64,000 nt of DNA from Flavobacteriales bacterium (GTDB lineage Bacteria > Bacteroidota > Bacteroidia > Flavobacteriales_D > Crocinitomicaceae). The notes beneath the pieces are model-generated. The model was not told the origin of the DNA. It searched no databases and worked only from the letters and a program-made list of their open reading frames with translations. This document shows positions 46,689-57,260 of this stretch, piece after piece (the first letter of the stretch is position 1; each line of letters opens with the position of its first letter). A program made the translations under genes and the position numbers. The stretch spans positions 17,294-81,293 of the forward strand of contig CANLAQ010000004.1 of assembly GCA_947488235.1 (NCBI GenBank), given 5' to 3'.

Positions 46689-47282
46689 ATGAAGAAGGTT
46701 AAATTAGAAATTTCAGGTATCACCTATAGCCAAACGCAATCAGGTTCCTATGTATTGACATTGGCTGAGGTAGCCGGTAAAAGAAAACTTCCAATTGTTA
46801 TTGGAGGATTTGAAGCGCAAGCGATTGCAGTTGAGTTAGAAAAAATGATTCCTAATCGACCGCTAACCCATGATTTATTCAAGTCTTTTTGTGAAGCATA
46901 TGCTGTTAATGTGGAAGAAGTGATCATTTATAAATTTGAAGAAGGTGTTTTTTATGCTAAAATCATTTGTAGAAATGAAGAATTTGTAACAGAAATCGAT
47001 TCCAGAACATCAGATGCCATCGCCATTGGAGTTCGTTTTTCCTGTCCAATTTATTCAGTAGATAAAGTGCTAGATGAAGTGGGAAGCACTAAAGACCTAG
47101 AAGATTTAGAAGAAGATTTTGACTTAGATACAGAATTAGATGACATTGAAATGGATGAGGATGAAAATGAATTTTCCTCCCAAAGTTTAGATGAACTACA
47201 AACCCAACTCAATGATGCATTGTCGAATGAATTATATGAATTGGCCTCAAAAATAAGAGACGAAATAAAGAAACGCACCTAA
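46689..47282 (+). CDS. Bifunctional nuclease (DUF151) protein with acidic linker and C-terminal UVR-like helix
   Basis: 197-aa ORF. LPIVIGGFEAQAIA..RPLTHDL is typical of the DNase/RNase DUF151 domain. The tail LYELASKIRDEIKKR resembles a UVR motif. Confidence 0.7.
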   Translation: MKKVKLEISGITYSQTQSGSYVLTLAEVAGKRKLPIVIGGFEAQAIAVELEKMIPNRPLTHDLFKSFCEAYAVNVEEVIIYKFEEGVFYAKIICRNEEFVTEIDSRTSDAIAIGVRFSCPIYSVDKVLDEVGSTKDLEDLEEDFDLDTELDDIEMDEDENEFSSQSLDELQTQLNDALSNELYELASKIRDEIKKRT

Positions 47283-47295
47283 TAAACCACCTTTA

Positions 47296-48699
47296 ATGGA
47301 TATTGAAACTGAAGATTTCGCAACAAAAGGATACATAAAAACCAGGTTAACGGTAATGAGTTTTATGCAGTTTTTTGTCTGGGGATCTTGGTTGATTACC
47401 ATTGGTAATTATTGGTTTGGGAACAAACATTGGAATGCAACAGAATTTGGCGCTATTTTCACCACCATGGGAATATCCTCTGTTTTCATGCCCAGCTTGA
47501 TGGGAATGCTTGCCGACAAATGGATCAATACAGAACGCCTTTACGCCATTTTACATGTATTGAGTGGTATTAGCTTATTGTTTCTTCCTTGGGCTGGAAA
47601 TCCCACTGAATTCTTTTGGGTGATTTTACTCGCTATGATTTTTTATATGCCCACCATTTCATTGTCGAATGCAGTAAGTTATAGTATTTTAAGTTCCTCC
47701 AATTTAAATGTAGTAAAGAGCTTTCCTCCGATTCGTGTTTGGGGAACTATTGGATTTATTGCAGCAATGTGGTTCACGAATTTAACTGGAAATAAAGCAT
47801 CTGTGAATCAATTTTATTTTGCTGGAATAGCTTCCTTTATTTTAGCGGTTTATGCATTGAGTTTGCCTAAATGTCCTCCAAGCAAACAAACAGGAGAAAG
47901 TAAAAGTCTGGTTCAAACTTTTGGTCTCGATGCATTTAAACTTCTTGCGAATTATAAAATGTTACTCTTCTTTTTATCCTCATTATTATTGGGTGGCGCC
48001 TTGCAATTAACCAATATGTATGGTGATACCTATTTGGATTTCTTTAAATATTTTCCAAAATATGCAGATTCTTTTTCTGTGAAATACTCCACCATTATCA
48101 TGTCAATTTCGCAAGTTTCTGAAACCTTATTCATTCTTGCTATTCCATTTTTCTTGTCCAAATTTGGAATCAAAAAGGTAATGTTAATCAGTATGATTGC
48201 ATGGGTTTTGCGCTTTGGATTACTGTCCTTTGGAAATCCAACCGATGGACTTTGGATGATTATTGTATCTTGTATTGTATACGGTATGGCCTTTGATTTC
48301 TTTAATATTTCAGGCTCCTTATTTGTAAATTCAAATGTACCGAAAGAAAATAGAGCCAGTGCACAAGGATTGTTTATGATGATGACCAACGGATTTGGTG
48401 CTATTCTTGGCAGTTCTCTTAGTGGGATTTTAATTGACAAATACTTCACTTTGAAATTTACAAGCATTCAAACCTTGAGTACTTATTTTGAAGCTAAAGC
48501 AACAGACAAAACCATTCAAGAATTATTAACTGGAAACGAAGTATTGTTAAATGGCACCTTAAAAAATCCAGTATTGATAAAAGATTGGTCACCTATTTGG
48601 TTGACTTTCGCTATTTATGCCTTAATCGTAACGGTTCTTTTTGCTTTGCTGTTCAAACACAAGCATGATCCAAAAGCATTGATGGAGGTTTCGCATTAA
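47296..48699 (+). CDS. Nucleoside permease (NupG/XapB-like MFS transporter)
   Basis: 467-aa ORF. The N-terminal RLTVMSFMQFFVWGSWLITIGNYW parallels E. coli NupG, and there are about 12 TM segments. Confidence 0.75.
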   Translation: MDIETEDFATKGYIKTRLTVMSFMQFFVWGSWLITIGNYWFGNKHWNATEFGAIFTTMGISSVFMPSLMGMLADKWINTERLYAILHVLSGISLLFLPWAGNPTEFFWVILLAMIFYMPTISLSNAVSYSILSSSNLNVVKSFPPIRVWGTIGFIAAMWFTNLTGNKASVNQFYFAGIASFILAVYALSLPKCPPSKQTGESKSLVQTFGLDAFKLLANYKMLLFFLSSLLLGGALQLTNMYGDTYLDFFKYFPKYADSFSVKYSTIIMSISQVSETLFILAIPFFLSKFGIKKVMLISMIAWVLRFGLLSFGNPTDGLWMIIVSCIVYGMAFDFFNISGSLFVNSNVPKENRASAQGLFMMMTNGFGAILGSSLSGILIDKYFTLKFTSIQTLSTYFEAKATDKTIQELLTGNEVLLNGTLKNPVLIKDWSPIWLTFAIYALIVTVLFALLFKHKHDPKALMEVSH

Positions 48700-48713
48700 T
48701 TAAAAAAGGGACC

Positions 48714-48802
48714 TAGACATAGAGGTTAGAGTTGGAGTCTAGAGTTGGAGGTTGGAGAATATCATTCTAAAACCTGACTCAAAGTCTATGTCTAACCTCT
48801 AT
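48714..48802. repeat. Intergenic inverted repeat with an internal short tandem repeat, between convergent genes
   Basis: atagaggttaga (48719-48730) is the exact reverse complement of tctaacctctat (48791-48802). An alternative pairing joins tagacatag (48714-48722) with ctatgtcta (48786-48794). The interior carries agagttggag twice plus gttggag. Confidence 0.6.
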
Positions 48803-48808
48803 TTTCCC

Positions 48809-49444
48809 TTACAAATCTAATTGATAAACCGCTCCGAGACTCTCATTGTTTTTAATGGTTATATCTAAATCATTAACCAAACCATCTTTGATGTCATAAA
48901 CCCAACCATGAACATGAACTGATTGACCTGCTTTCCATGCTTCTTGAATAATAGAAGTTTTTGCGAGATCCATAACTTGTTCAATTACATTGAGTTCAAC
49001 GAAGCGATCAAAGCGCAATTTTTCTTCCGTGATGGCATTCAGCTCGTCTTGATGAAAGCGGTACACATCTTTAATATGACGAATCCAATTGTCGATTAAA
49101 CCAATATGTGAGTTGGTCATGGCTGCTTGAACCCCACCACATCCATAATGTCCACAGACAATAATGTGTTTGACTTTTAATACATTGACTGCATAATCCA
49201 AAACAGATAACATACTCATATCCGTATGAATTACCATGTTGGCAATATTTCTATGGACAAATACCTCACCTGGATTTGCACCTATAATTTCATTCGCAGG
49301 TACACGACTATCAGAACAACCAATCCACAGTAAGGGTGGTTGCTGACCATTTTTTAAGCGATTGAAGAAATCAGGGTCTTTCTCCAAATTTTCAGCAACC
49401 CATTTTTTGTTGTTCTCTAGTAAATTTCTATAAAATGTTTCCAT
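48809..49444 (-). CDS. Beta-class carbonic anhydrase
   Basis: 211-aa ORF with Zn ligand motifs GCSDSRVP and GHYGCGG. Confidence 0.9.
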   Translation of the reverse strand: METFYRNLLENNKKWVAENLEKDPDFFNRLKNGQQPPLLWIGCSDSRVPANEIIGANPGEVFVHRNIANMVIHTDMSMLSVLDYAVNVLKVKHIIVCGHYGCGGVQAAMTNSHIGLIDNWIRHIKDVYRFHQDELNAITEEKLRFDRFVELNVIEQVMDLAKTSIIQEAWKAGQSVHVHGWVYDIKDGLVNDLDITIKNNESLGAVYQLDL

Positions 49445-49453
49445 ACTAAATGT

Positions 49454-50992
49454 TTAATTTTTTAGTGTTACTTGAATGTTTTTATTGGAGGCTTTGAAAG
49501 TCACAAAATCATGCAGTAATTCAGACACATCATGATCCATATTTTTACAATTACTACAATCTATTATTACTTTACTATCATTAGGTAAATTATTGAGTTG
49601 TTCAATCAAACCTGGTTTATTGATAAAGTTTACATCTTCAGATAAAGTTAAAACAATACCGTCATCAGAATCACTCTTTTCAATATTCTTCTGAAAATTC
49701 TTTCTCAAGATAAAAAACACAGATAATACAATACCAATTCCGATTCCTTTCAATAAATCAGTCAGAAGAACACCTATTATAGTTCCTAAAAAAGGGATGA
49801 ACTGATCCATTCCTAATTTATATATTTGTTTATACATAGAAACTTTGGAGAGCTTATAACCAATTAAAATCAAAATTGCTGCTAATACTGATAAAGGAAT
49901 TAGATTAAGTAATGGAGCGAGAAATAGTAAAGATAAAGCCAGTAATAAACCATGAATAATAGTAGATAATTTAGATTTACCTCCAGCATTGATATTGGCT
50001 GAACTTCGAACAATAACCTGTGTAACTGGAAGTCCCCCAATTAATCCACTTAACATATTTCCCAAACCCTGAGCCTTAAGCTCCCTATTGGTTGGGGTGG
50101 TGAATTTCATAGGGTCCAATTTATCAGTAGCTTCAATACTCAATAGAGTCTCTAAACTTCCAACAATTGCTAAAGTAAATGCAATGATATAAACATTTAC
50201 ATTATTCAAAAACGACCAATCGGGTGATTTAAGAAAATTGAACAGATCAACAGGAGCATTCAATTTTGGAATTTGAACCCTATGAATGGGCATTACATAT
50301 CCTGAAGGCCACCAATGATAGAATCCAATATTTATTGCAATTGCAAGAAGCACAACAAATAAAGCCCCAGGGACAAATTTAAAAATCAACAACTTTTTAA
50401 GCGCAGGCAGATCGAGTAGCAACAAACATATAACCGAGAACAAGCCAATAAGCAGCGAACCCTTATTTAAGGAAAGGAATGCAAAATACAACTCACTCAG
50501 CGTATTGTGTCCATCTTTTTGAAAGAAAGATTCATCACCGAAAAAATCCTTATCAAAACCGATCAGGTGAGGGATTTCCTTTAAAATGAGCATAATTCCA
50601 ATGGCAGCCAACATTCCTTTGATTACAGCTGAAGGAAAATAATTGCCAATAGTTCCTGCCTTGCAAAAACCAGCAATTATTTGAAGAGCTCCTGCCAAGA
50701 AAACAGCGAGAAGAAATCCTTCAAAAGACCCTAATAATTGAATGCCACTGATAACAATAGTAATCAAACCAGCTGCAGGACCAGAAACACCGACGCGTGA
50801 ACCACTAAATAGGCCTACTACTATTCCGCCAACAATACCTGCTACTAAACCTGCAACAGGATTTGGCATTCCTTCCATGCCAGGAATGGAGGTGGAGGCT
50901 AATCCTACACCAAGGCAAAGCGGTAATGCAACAATAAATACAACCAAACTTGAAGGCAAATCACTTCGCCAGCTTTGAAAAATTTTTAACAT
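49454..50992 (-). CDS. SulP-family anion transporter with C-terminal STAS domain (bicarbonate-transporter-like)
   Basis: 512-aa ORF with multiple TM segments, typical SulP N-terminal motifs and a soluble C-terminal domain of about 90 aa. It lies immediately upstream of the carbonic anhydrase gene. Confidence 0.85.
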   Translation of the reverse strand: MLKIFQSWRSDLPSSLVVFIVALPLCLGVGLASTSIPGMEGMPNPVAGLVAGIVGGIVVGLFSGSRVGVSGPAAGLITIVISGIQLLGSFEGFLLAVFLAGALQIIAGFCKAGTIGNYFPSAVIKGMLAAIGIMLILKEIPHLIGFDKDFFGDESFFQKDGHNTLSELYFAFLSLNKGSLLIGLFSVICLLLLDLPALKKLLIFKFVPGALFVVLLAIAINIGFYHWWPSGYVMPIHRVQIPKLNAPVDLFNFLKSPDWSFLNNVNVYIIAFTLAIVGSLETLLSIEATDKLDPMKFTTPTNRELKAQGLGNMLSGLIGGLPVTQVIVRSSANINAGGKSKLSTIIHGLLLALSLLFLAPLLNLIPLSVLAAILILIGYKLSKVSMYKQIYKLGMDQFIPFLGTIIGVLLTDLLKGIGIGIVLSVFFILRKNFQKNIEKSDSDDGIVLTLSEDVNFINKPGLIEQLNNLPNDSKVIIDCSNCKNMDHDVSELLHDFVTFKASNKNIQVTLKN

Positions 50993-51024
50993 ATAAAAGA
51001 ATTTAAATTAATATTTGTGCTAAT

Positions 51025-51354
51025 TCAAATTCTATTGTCTGGAGGGGAATATGAAGTTTGAGAATATCCTTCATGAGGATTTTGATGGAGCTTAAAATAA
51101 GCTGTTTCACTTTTTTGTGCTTCCGAAACATGTGCTTTATGATCTGAAGGATTTATATTATTAACCAATAAATCATTTATACCAAAAATATCATCGAATG
51201 ATTCGGAATCATCAGCATCAGATTCTTCTTGCAAAACAATATATTCTTTTGAGTTTTTATCCAATTGCTGATTCGCAATATAAATTGCCATAGCAGATTG
51301 AGTAACAAACATCAATAAAAAAAAATATCTTGAAAAAAGAATTTTCATTTTCAT
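51025..51354 (-). CDS. Hypothetical small secreted protein
   Basis: 109-aa ORF with signal peptide ..FVTQSAMA, an acidic stretch and a His-containing tail. I recognise no family. Confidence 0.4.
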   Translation of the reverse strand: MKMKILFSRYFFLLMFVTQSAMAIYIANQQLDKNSKEYIVLQEESDADDSESFDDIFGINDLLVNNINPSDHKAHVSEAQKSETAYFKLHQNPHEGYSQTSYSPPDNRI

Positions 51355-51392
51355 GCGTCAAAAATACAAAAAATTGATGCCTAGATTACCAA

Positions 51393-52583
51393 TTATGAAA
51401 TAACCTTAAGATTTCTTCCAACTTTAATAAATGCAGCAATTGCTTTATCCAAATCTTCTTTTGAATGCGCTGCAGAAATTTGTGTACGAATACGCGCTTG
51501 ACCTTTAGCAACTACTGGAAAGAAAAACCCAATGGCATAAACACCTTCTTCTAATAATTCATTCGCAAATTGTTGTGATAAAGCAGCATCGTATAACATA
51601 ATAGGAACTATTGGAGAATTTCCAGCTTTAATATCAAAACCGGCTGCAATAATTTGCTGCTTAAAATATGTAGTGTTTTCTTCCAGTTTGTCTCTTAGAG
51701 TAGTATTAGAAGATAAGATTTCAAACACTTTTATAGAAGCCCCTACAATGGCAGGAGAAAGAGAGTTAGAAAATAAATAAGGTCTAGAGCGTTGACGCAG
51801 CATCTCAATAATTTCTTTTTTACCGGTCGTATAACCTCCCATTGCTCCGCCTAGTGCTTTACCTAGAGTTCCAGTAACTATATCAACTCTATCCATAACA
51901 CCACATAATTCAGGAATGCCTCTACCTGTTTTTCCCATGAAACCTGCAGAATGACATTCATCCGTCATGACAAGCGCATCATATTTATCTGCTAAATCAC
52001 AAATTTGATCCATTTTAGCACTATCACCATCCATAGAAAATACACCATCAGTAACAATGATGCGATGTCTTTGATTTTGTGCTTTGATCAACTGTTCTTC
52101 TAGATCAGCCATATCAGAGTGCTTGTAACGATAGCGTTGTGCTTTGCACAATCTTATTCCATCGATAATAGAAGCATGATTTAATTCGTCCGAAATGATG
52201 GCATCTTCTTCAGAGAAAAGCGGTTCAAACACACCACCATTTGCATCAAATGCAGCGGCATATAAAATAGTGTCTTCTGTTCCGTAAAATTCTGCGATTT
52301 TCTTTTCTAATGTCTTGTGGATATCTTGCGTACCGCAAATAAAACGAACGGACGACATTCCAAATCCATGAGAATCTAAAGTGTCCTTAGCAGCCTGAAC
52401 TACCTCAGGATGCGATGACAAACCCAAATAATTATTGGCACACATTACCACCACATCTTCACCAGTACTTACAGTTACTTGTGCCCCTTGTGGACCTGTG
52501 ATAATCCGTTCTTTTTTCATTAAGCCATTTTCTTGAATCGACTTGAGTTCTTGGGATAAAAAAGATTTTAATTTACCGTACAT
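51393..52583 (-). CDS. kbl: Glycine C-acetyltransferase (2-amino-3-ketobutyrate CoA ligase)
   Basis: 396-aa PLP-dependent ORF with [18 protein letters not shown] and the PLP Lys in GTLGKALGG. Confidence 0.85.
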   Translation of the reverse strand: MYGKLKSFLSQELKSIQENGLMKKERIITGPQGAQVTVSTGEDVVVMCANNYLGLSSHPEVVQAAKDTLDSHGFGMSSVRFICGTQDIHKTLEKKIAEFYGTEDTILYAAAFDANGGVFEPLFSEEDAIISDELNHASIIDGIRLCKAQRYRYKHSDMADLEEQLIKAQNQRHRIIVTDGVFSMDGDSAKMDQICDLADKYDALVMTDECHSAGFMGKTGRGIPELCGVMDRVDIVTGTLGKALGGAMGGYTTGKKEIIEMLRQRSRPYLFSNSLSPAIVGASIKVFEILSSNTTLRDKLEENTTYFKQQIIAAGFDIKAGNSPIVPIMLYDAALSQQFANELLEEGVYAIGFFFPVVAKGQARIRTQISAAHSKEDLDKAIAAFIKVGRNLKVIS

Positions 52584-52585
52584 AA

Positions 52586-53143
52586 TTATTTTTTTAAAAA
52601 TTGTTGACTGCGTTTAACTAAAAAATTCAATAATACTTTGGCATCATTTTCAAGAAGTTTTCTGCCAAAACGAACAGGTTTATCGAAGTATATAAAAGAG
52701 AACCTTTCACCGCCATTGATCCATGGTGAAGATTCCCAAACTTCTTGTATTGAATTTTTATCTGGAAACTGTAAAGTAATAGATTGAATATTCTCATGAT
52801 AATAGACATTAGACTTTCCATATTTCCCGAGGGCCTTTTTGATATGGATTCCAACTTCATCGATTTTAATTTTTTCTTTACCGAAGAGCAGCCAAAGAAA
52901 AGAACGAGAAACGCGCCAAGCATAATAGGCCCAAAAAACAAGCATCACAAAAAGGATAATTTTTTCTTGGTTGCTCAATTTCAAAACATTGAAAGCCCAG
53001 GTAAGCGTAGCGCCAATAACCCACCACATAGCCAACCAAGCACCCATTAAGGTATTGACCCAAACCTTTTTTTCAGGATCTATGATTATTGTTGTTTTAT
53101 GGGTGTGATCTACAAAACTAATCCGCCTTCCAATCCATTTCAT
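52586..53143 (-). CDS. Hypothetical membrane protein (2 TM helices plus a soluble C-terminal domain)
   Basis: I chose the ATG at 53143 (MKWIGRR...) over the TTG ORF-track start at 53161, which would lie inside the gldN terminator T-run. The stop is 2 nt from the kbl start. Confidence 0.5.
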   Translation of the reverse strand: MKWIGRRISFVDHTHKTTIIIDPEKKVWVNTLMGAWLAMWWVIGATLTWAFNVLKLSNQEKIILFVMLVFWAYYAWRVSRSFLWLLFGKEKIKIDEVGIHIKKALGKYGKSNVYYHENIQSITLQFPDKNSIQEVWESSPWINGGERFSFIYFDKPVRFGRKLLENDAKVLLNFLVKRSQQFLKK

Positions 53144-53161
53144 GGTACAAAAATAAAACAA

Positions 53162-53187
53162 AAAACCCCGGCTACTGCCAGGGTTTT
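53162..53187 (-). terminator. Rho-independent terminator after gldN
   Basis: The stem aaaccccgg / ccagggttt has 9 positions with one C-A mismatch and a 6-nt loop. On the minus strand it is followed by TTTTTTGTTTTATTTTT, and it lies 18 nt downstream of the gldN stop. Confidence 0.7.
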
Positions 53188-53204
53188 AATAAAGTTTTTA
53201 AGAA

Positions 53205-54545
53205 TTAGAAATTCCATACATCGTGTTCCCACTTGCGAATTTCTTCTTTAACCTTTTCTGCCTCATACAAAGCATCAACTCCATATCTGTAATCTTCTAT
53301 ATCTCTATCGAATTTATCAGATGTTTTGTAAATCATTGCACTAAACTTTCTTTTCCAAAAAAGATCATCGAAAGACATCCATTGCGCATCAGACTTATCA
53401 TTGTATATATAATAGTTTACAATAACATTACGAAGCTCAGGAAAATACAACCAAAACATTTCCTTTTGAACAGTAGCTACTTTAGCACCACCATTGCTAT
53501 ATATTGAGGTATAACCTGGAGTAGATTGTTTTGTATTAAAATAAACTGGTATACCATCTCTATAAACAATCAACTGACCTCTACCAATTGAATCATTTCG
53601 TGCTACTGAAGTATCTGTATACTCAGCAACTGGAGCAATTGCTATAATTCTTCTATCTAAAATAGATCTTTCTTTATCAAAGAACCAATCTTCTTTAATA
53701 TTATAAGCTACAATTCCCTTGGATGACTGAAAAGTTATAGGACCATCCTCTGCTAAAAATCCATCTTCTCCTGCTTTATCAAACTTATCCATTAAATCAA
53801 TCTTGTTAAATAGCAACATTTCAGCTTGTGTTGGATTGTTAGTTTCTAATTTTATTAAAGAATCATACCAAAAATCAAAAGTTAATACTTTATTATTCTT
53901 TTTATATTCAGCATCCAACCTAGATAATATTTCTACATTACCATTAATAGTAACAGTAATTTTCGGACCTGGTCCAGAAGATGAAACAAGTTGATTCAAT
54001 TCACTTTTATAAGGTGAACTATTGAAATAAGAATCTCGTGACTTTTTAACAACAGGATATTTAAATGAATAACCATCCTCTAGATAATCTGCATTATATT
54101 TAAGAATATAACTTGCGTTAAACTTATCGGATACTCTATAGACGGTCAAGTCACCGGCAAAAACATGAGTTAAAATTATTGACCACAAAGACAATCTTGT
54201 ATTGTTTTTTACCCAATAAGGACTGTTAATGTCAGCTCTTTTAACGGGAGGCTTAAATTGTTCAGGATCAAAATAATCGAAAGGGTTAAATAATTCAAAA
54301 TTCATTTTTTCTCTTGAATCAATCCTAGAGAATACTCGTTTTGACCAAACATAATCAGCAGATCTAACATGCTCATAAGGAACAGCCGTTTTCATCGGTA
54401 ATTCCTCTGAAATAACAACTCCATCAATAACACCTGGAGAAGTAATATTTAACGGACCTCTGTTAACATCATTTTGATTTGGTGCTGGCTGAGCAAACAG
54501 CGTAGAGCCAATAACAAGAAGGAAAATAAAATTTAAATATTTCAT
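53205..54545 (-). CDS. gldN: Gliding motility / T9SS protein GldN (PorN)
   Basis: 446-aa ORF with a signal peptide, last gene of the gldKLMN-order cluster. The WFFDKERS.L..RI..I.P and MFWLYFPELR-type segments are typical of GldN. Confidence 0.8.
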   Translation of the reverse strand: MKYLNFIFLLVIGSTLFAQPAPNQNDVNRGPLNITSPGVIDGVVISEELPMKTAVPYEHVRSADYVWSKRVFSRIDSREKMNFELFNPFDYFDPEQFKPPVKRADINSPYWVKNNTRLSLWSIILTHVFAGDLTVYRVSDKFNASYILKYNADYLEDGYSFKYPVVKKSRDSYFNSSPYKSELNQLVSSSGPGPKITVTINGNVEILSRLDAEYKKNNKVLTFDFWYDSLIKLETNNPTQAEMLLFNKIDLMDKFDKAGEDGFLAEDGPITFQSSKGIVAYNIKEDWFFDKERSILDRRIIAIAPVAEYTDTSVARNDSIGRGQLIVYRDGIPVYFNTKQSTPGYTSIYSNGGAKVATVQKEMFWLYFPELRNVIVNYYIYNDKSDAQWMSFDDLFWKRKFSAMIYKTSDKFDRDIEDYRYGVDALYEAEKVKEEIRKWEHDVWNF

Positions 54546-54551
54546 AATAAA

Positions 54552-56306
54552 TTATTTAATTTGAACAGCACCCATAATTTGAGTAGTTAAACCATCAGCG
54601 CGACGAACATTTGCATAAATACCTACTGTTTCACCTGATCTATATTTAGAAGCTAAACCAGCTGGTATTTGACTTCCAGTAAATTTTTGACCACCAAATT
54701 CACCACTAATAACTGAATAACTTATACCCTTGAAATTATATTCATCTCCAAAACCAGCAGCAATAAACCCGCCACGCGCTTTGGAAATTGAAGCCGTTGT
54801 GATTTTAGGTTTTGGGAATGGTTTAACTGGAAAAGAATAACTCCCGAATGAAACAGATTTTCCTTTACTATCCTTACCAGATAATGCAATGGTTACTGTT
54901 TTTCCAGAACTTACTCTTACGATGTAACAATCCCGAGAATCAAAATTTGTTTTACCTGCTAGTCTCGCATTACCAGATGGAGAAATTGATGTAGAAACCA
55001 CACCAGATGCAGCAACAGAAACTTTATTATCCCAGTTCATGTACATCACAGAAACTTCAGGTAAGGCAACTGAACCCGCTTTGGTAGCCACTTGAACTTT
55101 GGTTTCATAGGGCATCCACTTAATAGTACCCATTTTATCCGCAATACCTACTTGACCTGAAATTTTCATTTCACCTCCACCTGCAGCACGCATTTTAAGA
55201 ATAGCCATACCATCTTTAGTTTCAGAAATAGTTCCCTGACCTGGTTTCACAACAGGTTGTTTATCAGAATCAAAGGCAGCCATAAAAACACTCACTTGAA
55301 ATTCTTCACCCGGACTTAAGACAGCCGTTTCAGGATATGCCATTCCTAAAATTTTATTGAAAGAATATTGACCTGTACTTATCTTTCCTTTCAACATAAG
55401 AACTGCTTTCGCTCTTGCACTCATGATTTCATTTTGTAGAGAAGACAAAGATGCCAAAGCACCCACAAGAGGAGCATGTGCAAAAGTACGGCCCATCCAA
55501 TGAACTTTACCGTCATGGCCTTCATGTTCAGCCATTTCTTCTTTGGTAAGTTCTTGGTAAATTCCGATCAAAGGCTCAATATCTTCCTTGTTGACTTTGT
55601 TTGATTTAAGCATTTTTGAAATTTTCTTTTCCAAATCAGCAAAATCCTTAAATTCTACAATATCTTTAGATTTTATTCTGAATTGTGAGTTACCTTCTTT
55701 ATAGGTACCTGTTAAATCAACAAGCGTATTTCTATAGTTCTTGAAATGCTTCCAAAACTCCATTCCTTTTGAATTCGCAGGAATATTTTCAGCTTCAGAA
55801 CCTATTAATTGAAATTGAGGCACATCAAAATTATCTTTAGATTGCACTGCCATTAAATTTAATTTGGCAGGACGCAATGGCTCGTTCTTACTCCATTCTT
55901 TCCAAACAATTGCATCTTTTGCTTCTTCTGACTGAAGATCCCCTTTAAATGGAGTTATGTCTTCACCTACTTTATCCAAAATTAACAACTTAAGGTCATC
56001 TATTTCATGAATGATTTTACCTGTTTCATTATCAACTTTATTAATTATTTCCAAAAAGCGTTTTATTTTGGCACCTTTAGCCAATCCTGATTCGTCTTTT
56101 GTACATTCTGTTAATGCTTGATTCAAATCAGATACCGCTGTATTTCCTCTATCTAATTGAGTAATGGTACCTTTTTGAATGTTTGATTCTATCGCAACAA
56201 AAGCATCTAAGATTTGCTTTGATACATTCAGTGCTAAAAGCGCTGTCAATACCAAATACATCATCCCGATCATCTTTTGTCTTGGGGTTTCTTTACCACC
56301 AGCCAT
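54552..56306 (-). CDS. gldM: Gliding motility / T9SS protein GldM (PorM)
   Basis: The N-terminus MAGGKETPRQKMIGMMYLVLTALLALNVSKQILDAF is nearly the same as the F. johnsoniae GldM N-terminus as I recall it. The ORF is 584 aa. Confidence 0.9.
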   Translation of the reverse strand: MAGGKETPRQKMIGMMYLVLTALLALNVSKQILDAFVAIESNIQKGTITQLDRGNTAVSDLNQALTECTKDESGLAKGAKIKRFLEIINKVDNETGKIIHEIDDLKLLILDKVGEDITPFKGDLQSEEAKDAIVWKEWSKNEPLRPAKLNLMAVQSKDNFDVPQFQLIGSEAENIPANSKGMEFWKHFKNYRNTLVDLTGTYKEGNSQFRIKSKDIVEFKDFADLEKKISKMLKSNKVNKEDIEPLIGIYQELTKEEMAEHEGHDGKVHWMGRTFAHAPLVGALASLSSLQNEIMSARAKAVLMLKGKISTGQYSFNKILGMAYPETAVLSPGEEFQVSVFMAAFDSDKQPVVKPGQGTISETKDGMAILKMRAAGGGEMKISGQVGIADKMGTIKWMPYETKVQVATKAGSVALPEVSVMYMNWDNKVSVAASGVVSTSISPSGNARLAGKTNFDSRDCYIVRVSSGKTVTIALSGKDSKGKSVSFGSYSFPVKPFPKPKITTASISKARGGFIAAGFGDEYNFKGISYSVISGEFGGQKFTGSQIPAGLASKYRSGETVGIYANVRRADGLTTQIMGAVQIK

Positions 56307-56359
56307 AATCTATTGTTTTAATTTTGTTAAATAATAATTTACTTAGTCTGTGGCTTTTC

Positions 56360-57205
56360 TTAGCTACGCATTGCTTTCAACATGTTTCCATAAACATTGT
56401 TCAAGTCTGTAAGGTTTTGAGCCAATACAGCCATGTTTTCACGGTATAAACGCGTATCTTCAACTGAAGCTGAAAGATTACTCATCATGTCTACCACTTG
56501 TTTTTGGAATTGTTGCGTTGCTTCTAAATGAGAAGAAGAACCTTGCAATTGTAATTCGTAAACATTATTTAATGCCGTTAAGTTTTTAGAAACATTTTGC
56601 ATTGCAGCACCCATATTTTCTCCTTCACCTTGAGAATCTGTGATTCCAGATAAAGCAACGGAAGCTTTTTCATAATCTCCAGCAAGAGCAGAAACTCTAT
56701 TGGAAGCAGCTTCTAAACTAGATACATAAGAATCTGTTGCTGCTGCAGCATTACTAACACTTTTTAATTGTTCAGCGTTGTGACTTAAATCACGCATAGA
56801 AGAACCTAAACGATCCAATAAAGCTTGATCAATTTTAGCTTTTGCTAATAAATCATCAAATTGCTCTGTAATTCCAGTTCCTGCAGATCCAGAACCTCCA
56901 CCAATTTCCATTGGCTTAGGGAATGCTTCTAATTCTTCAGCAGATTGTGGACGCTCGTCTTCTGGCAATAAGTAAGGGTAATAAACAGCCCAATTGGGTT
57001 CAGTATGTAATGGCTCCATCGCACTTAAAGCAAAAATCACAGCTTCTGTAGATAAACCAATAATTAACATGACATCACACAAAGGCCAGTGCATGATTTT
57101 AAACAATGCTCCTAAAATTACGACTGATGCGCCATAACCATAAACTACCTTCATTAAATTTTTGTACCCTTTTGATGCGAAAAAACCGCCTGACTTACCA
57201 CTCAT
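56360..57205 (-). CDS. gldL: Gliding motility / T9SS protein GldL (PorL)
   Basis: 281-aa ORF with two N-terminal TM helices (YGYGASVVILGALFKIMHW, LIIGLSTEAVIFALSAMEP) that match the GldL pattern, followed by a coiled C-terminal region. Confidence 0.9.
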   Translation of the reverse strand: MSGKSGGFFASKGYKNLMKVVYGYGASVVILGALFKIMHWPLCDVMLIIGLSTEAVIFALSAMEPLHTEPNWAVYYPYLLPEDERPQSAEELEAFPKPMEIGGGSGSAGTGITEQFDDLLAKAKIDQALLDRLGSSMRDLSHNAEQLKSVSNAAAATDSYVSSLEAASNRVSALAGDYEKASVALSGITDSQGEGENMGAAMQNVSKNLTALNNVYELQLQGSSSHLEATQQFQKQVVDMMSNLSASVEDTRLYRENMAVLAQNLTDLNNVYGNMLKAMRS

Positions 57206-57260
57206 AACTTTTGTTTTTTTTAGATTAAACTTTGATTTATTGTTTTTGTTACAGATTTAC

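Noticed and set aside
48030-48467. 145-aa minus-strand ORF inside the nucleoside permease gene
   Set aside because: It is antisense to a well-supported MFS transporter, with no independent signals or recognisable motifs. Long shadow ORFs are expected in AT-rich, codon-biased membrane protein genes.
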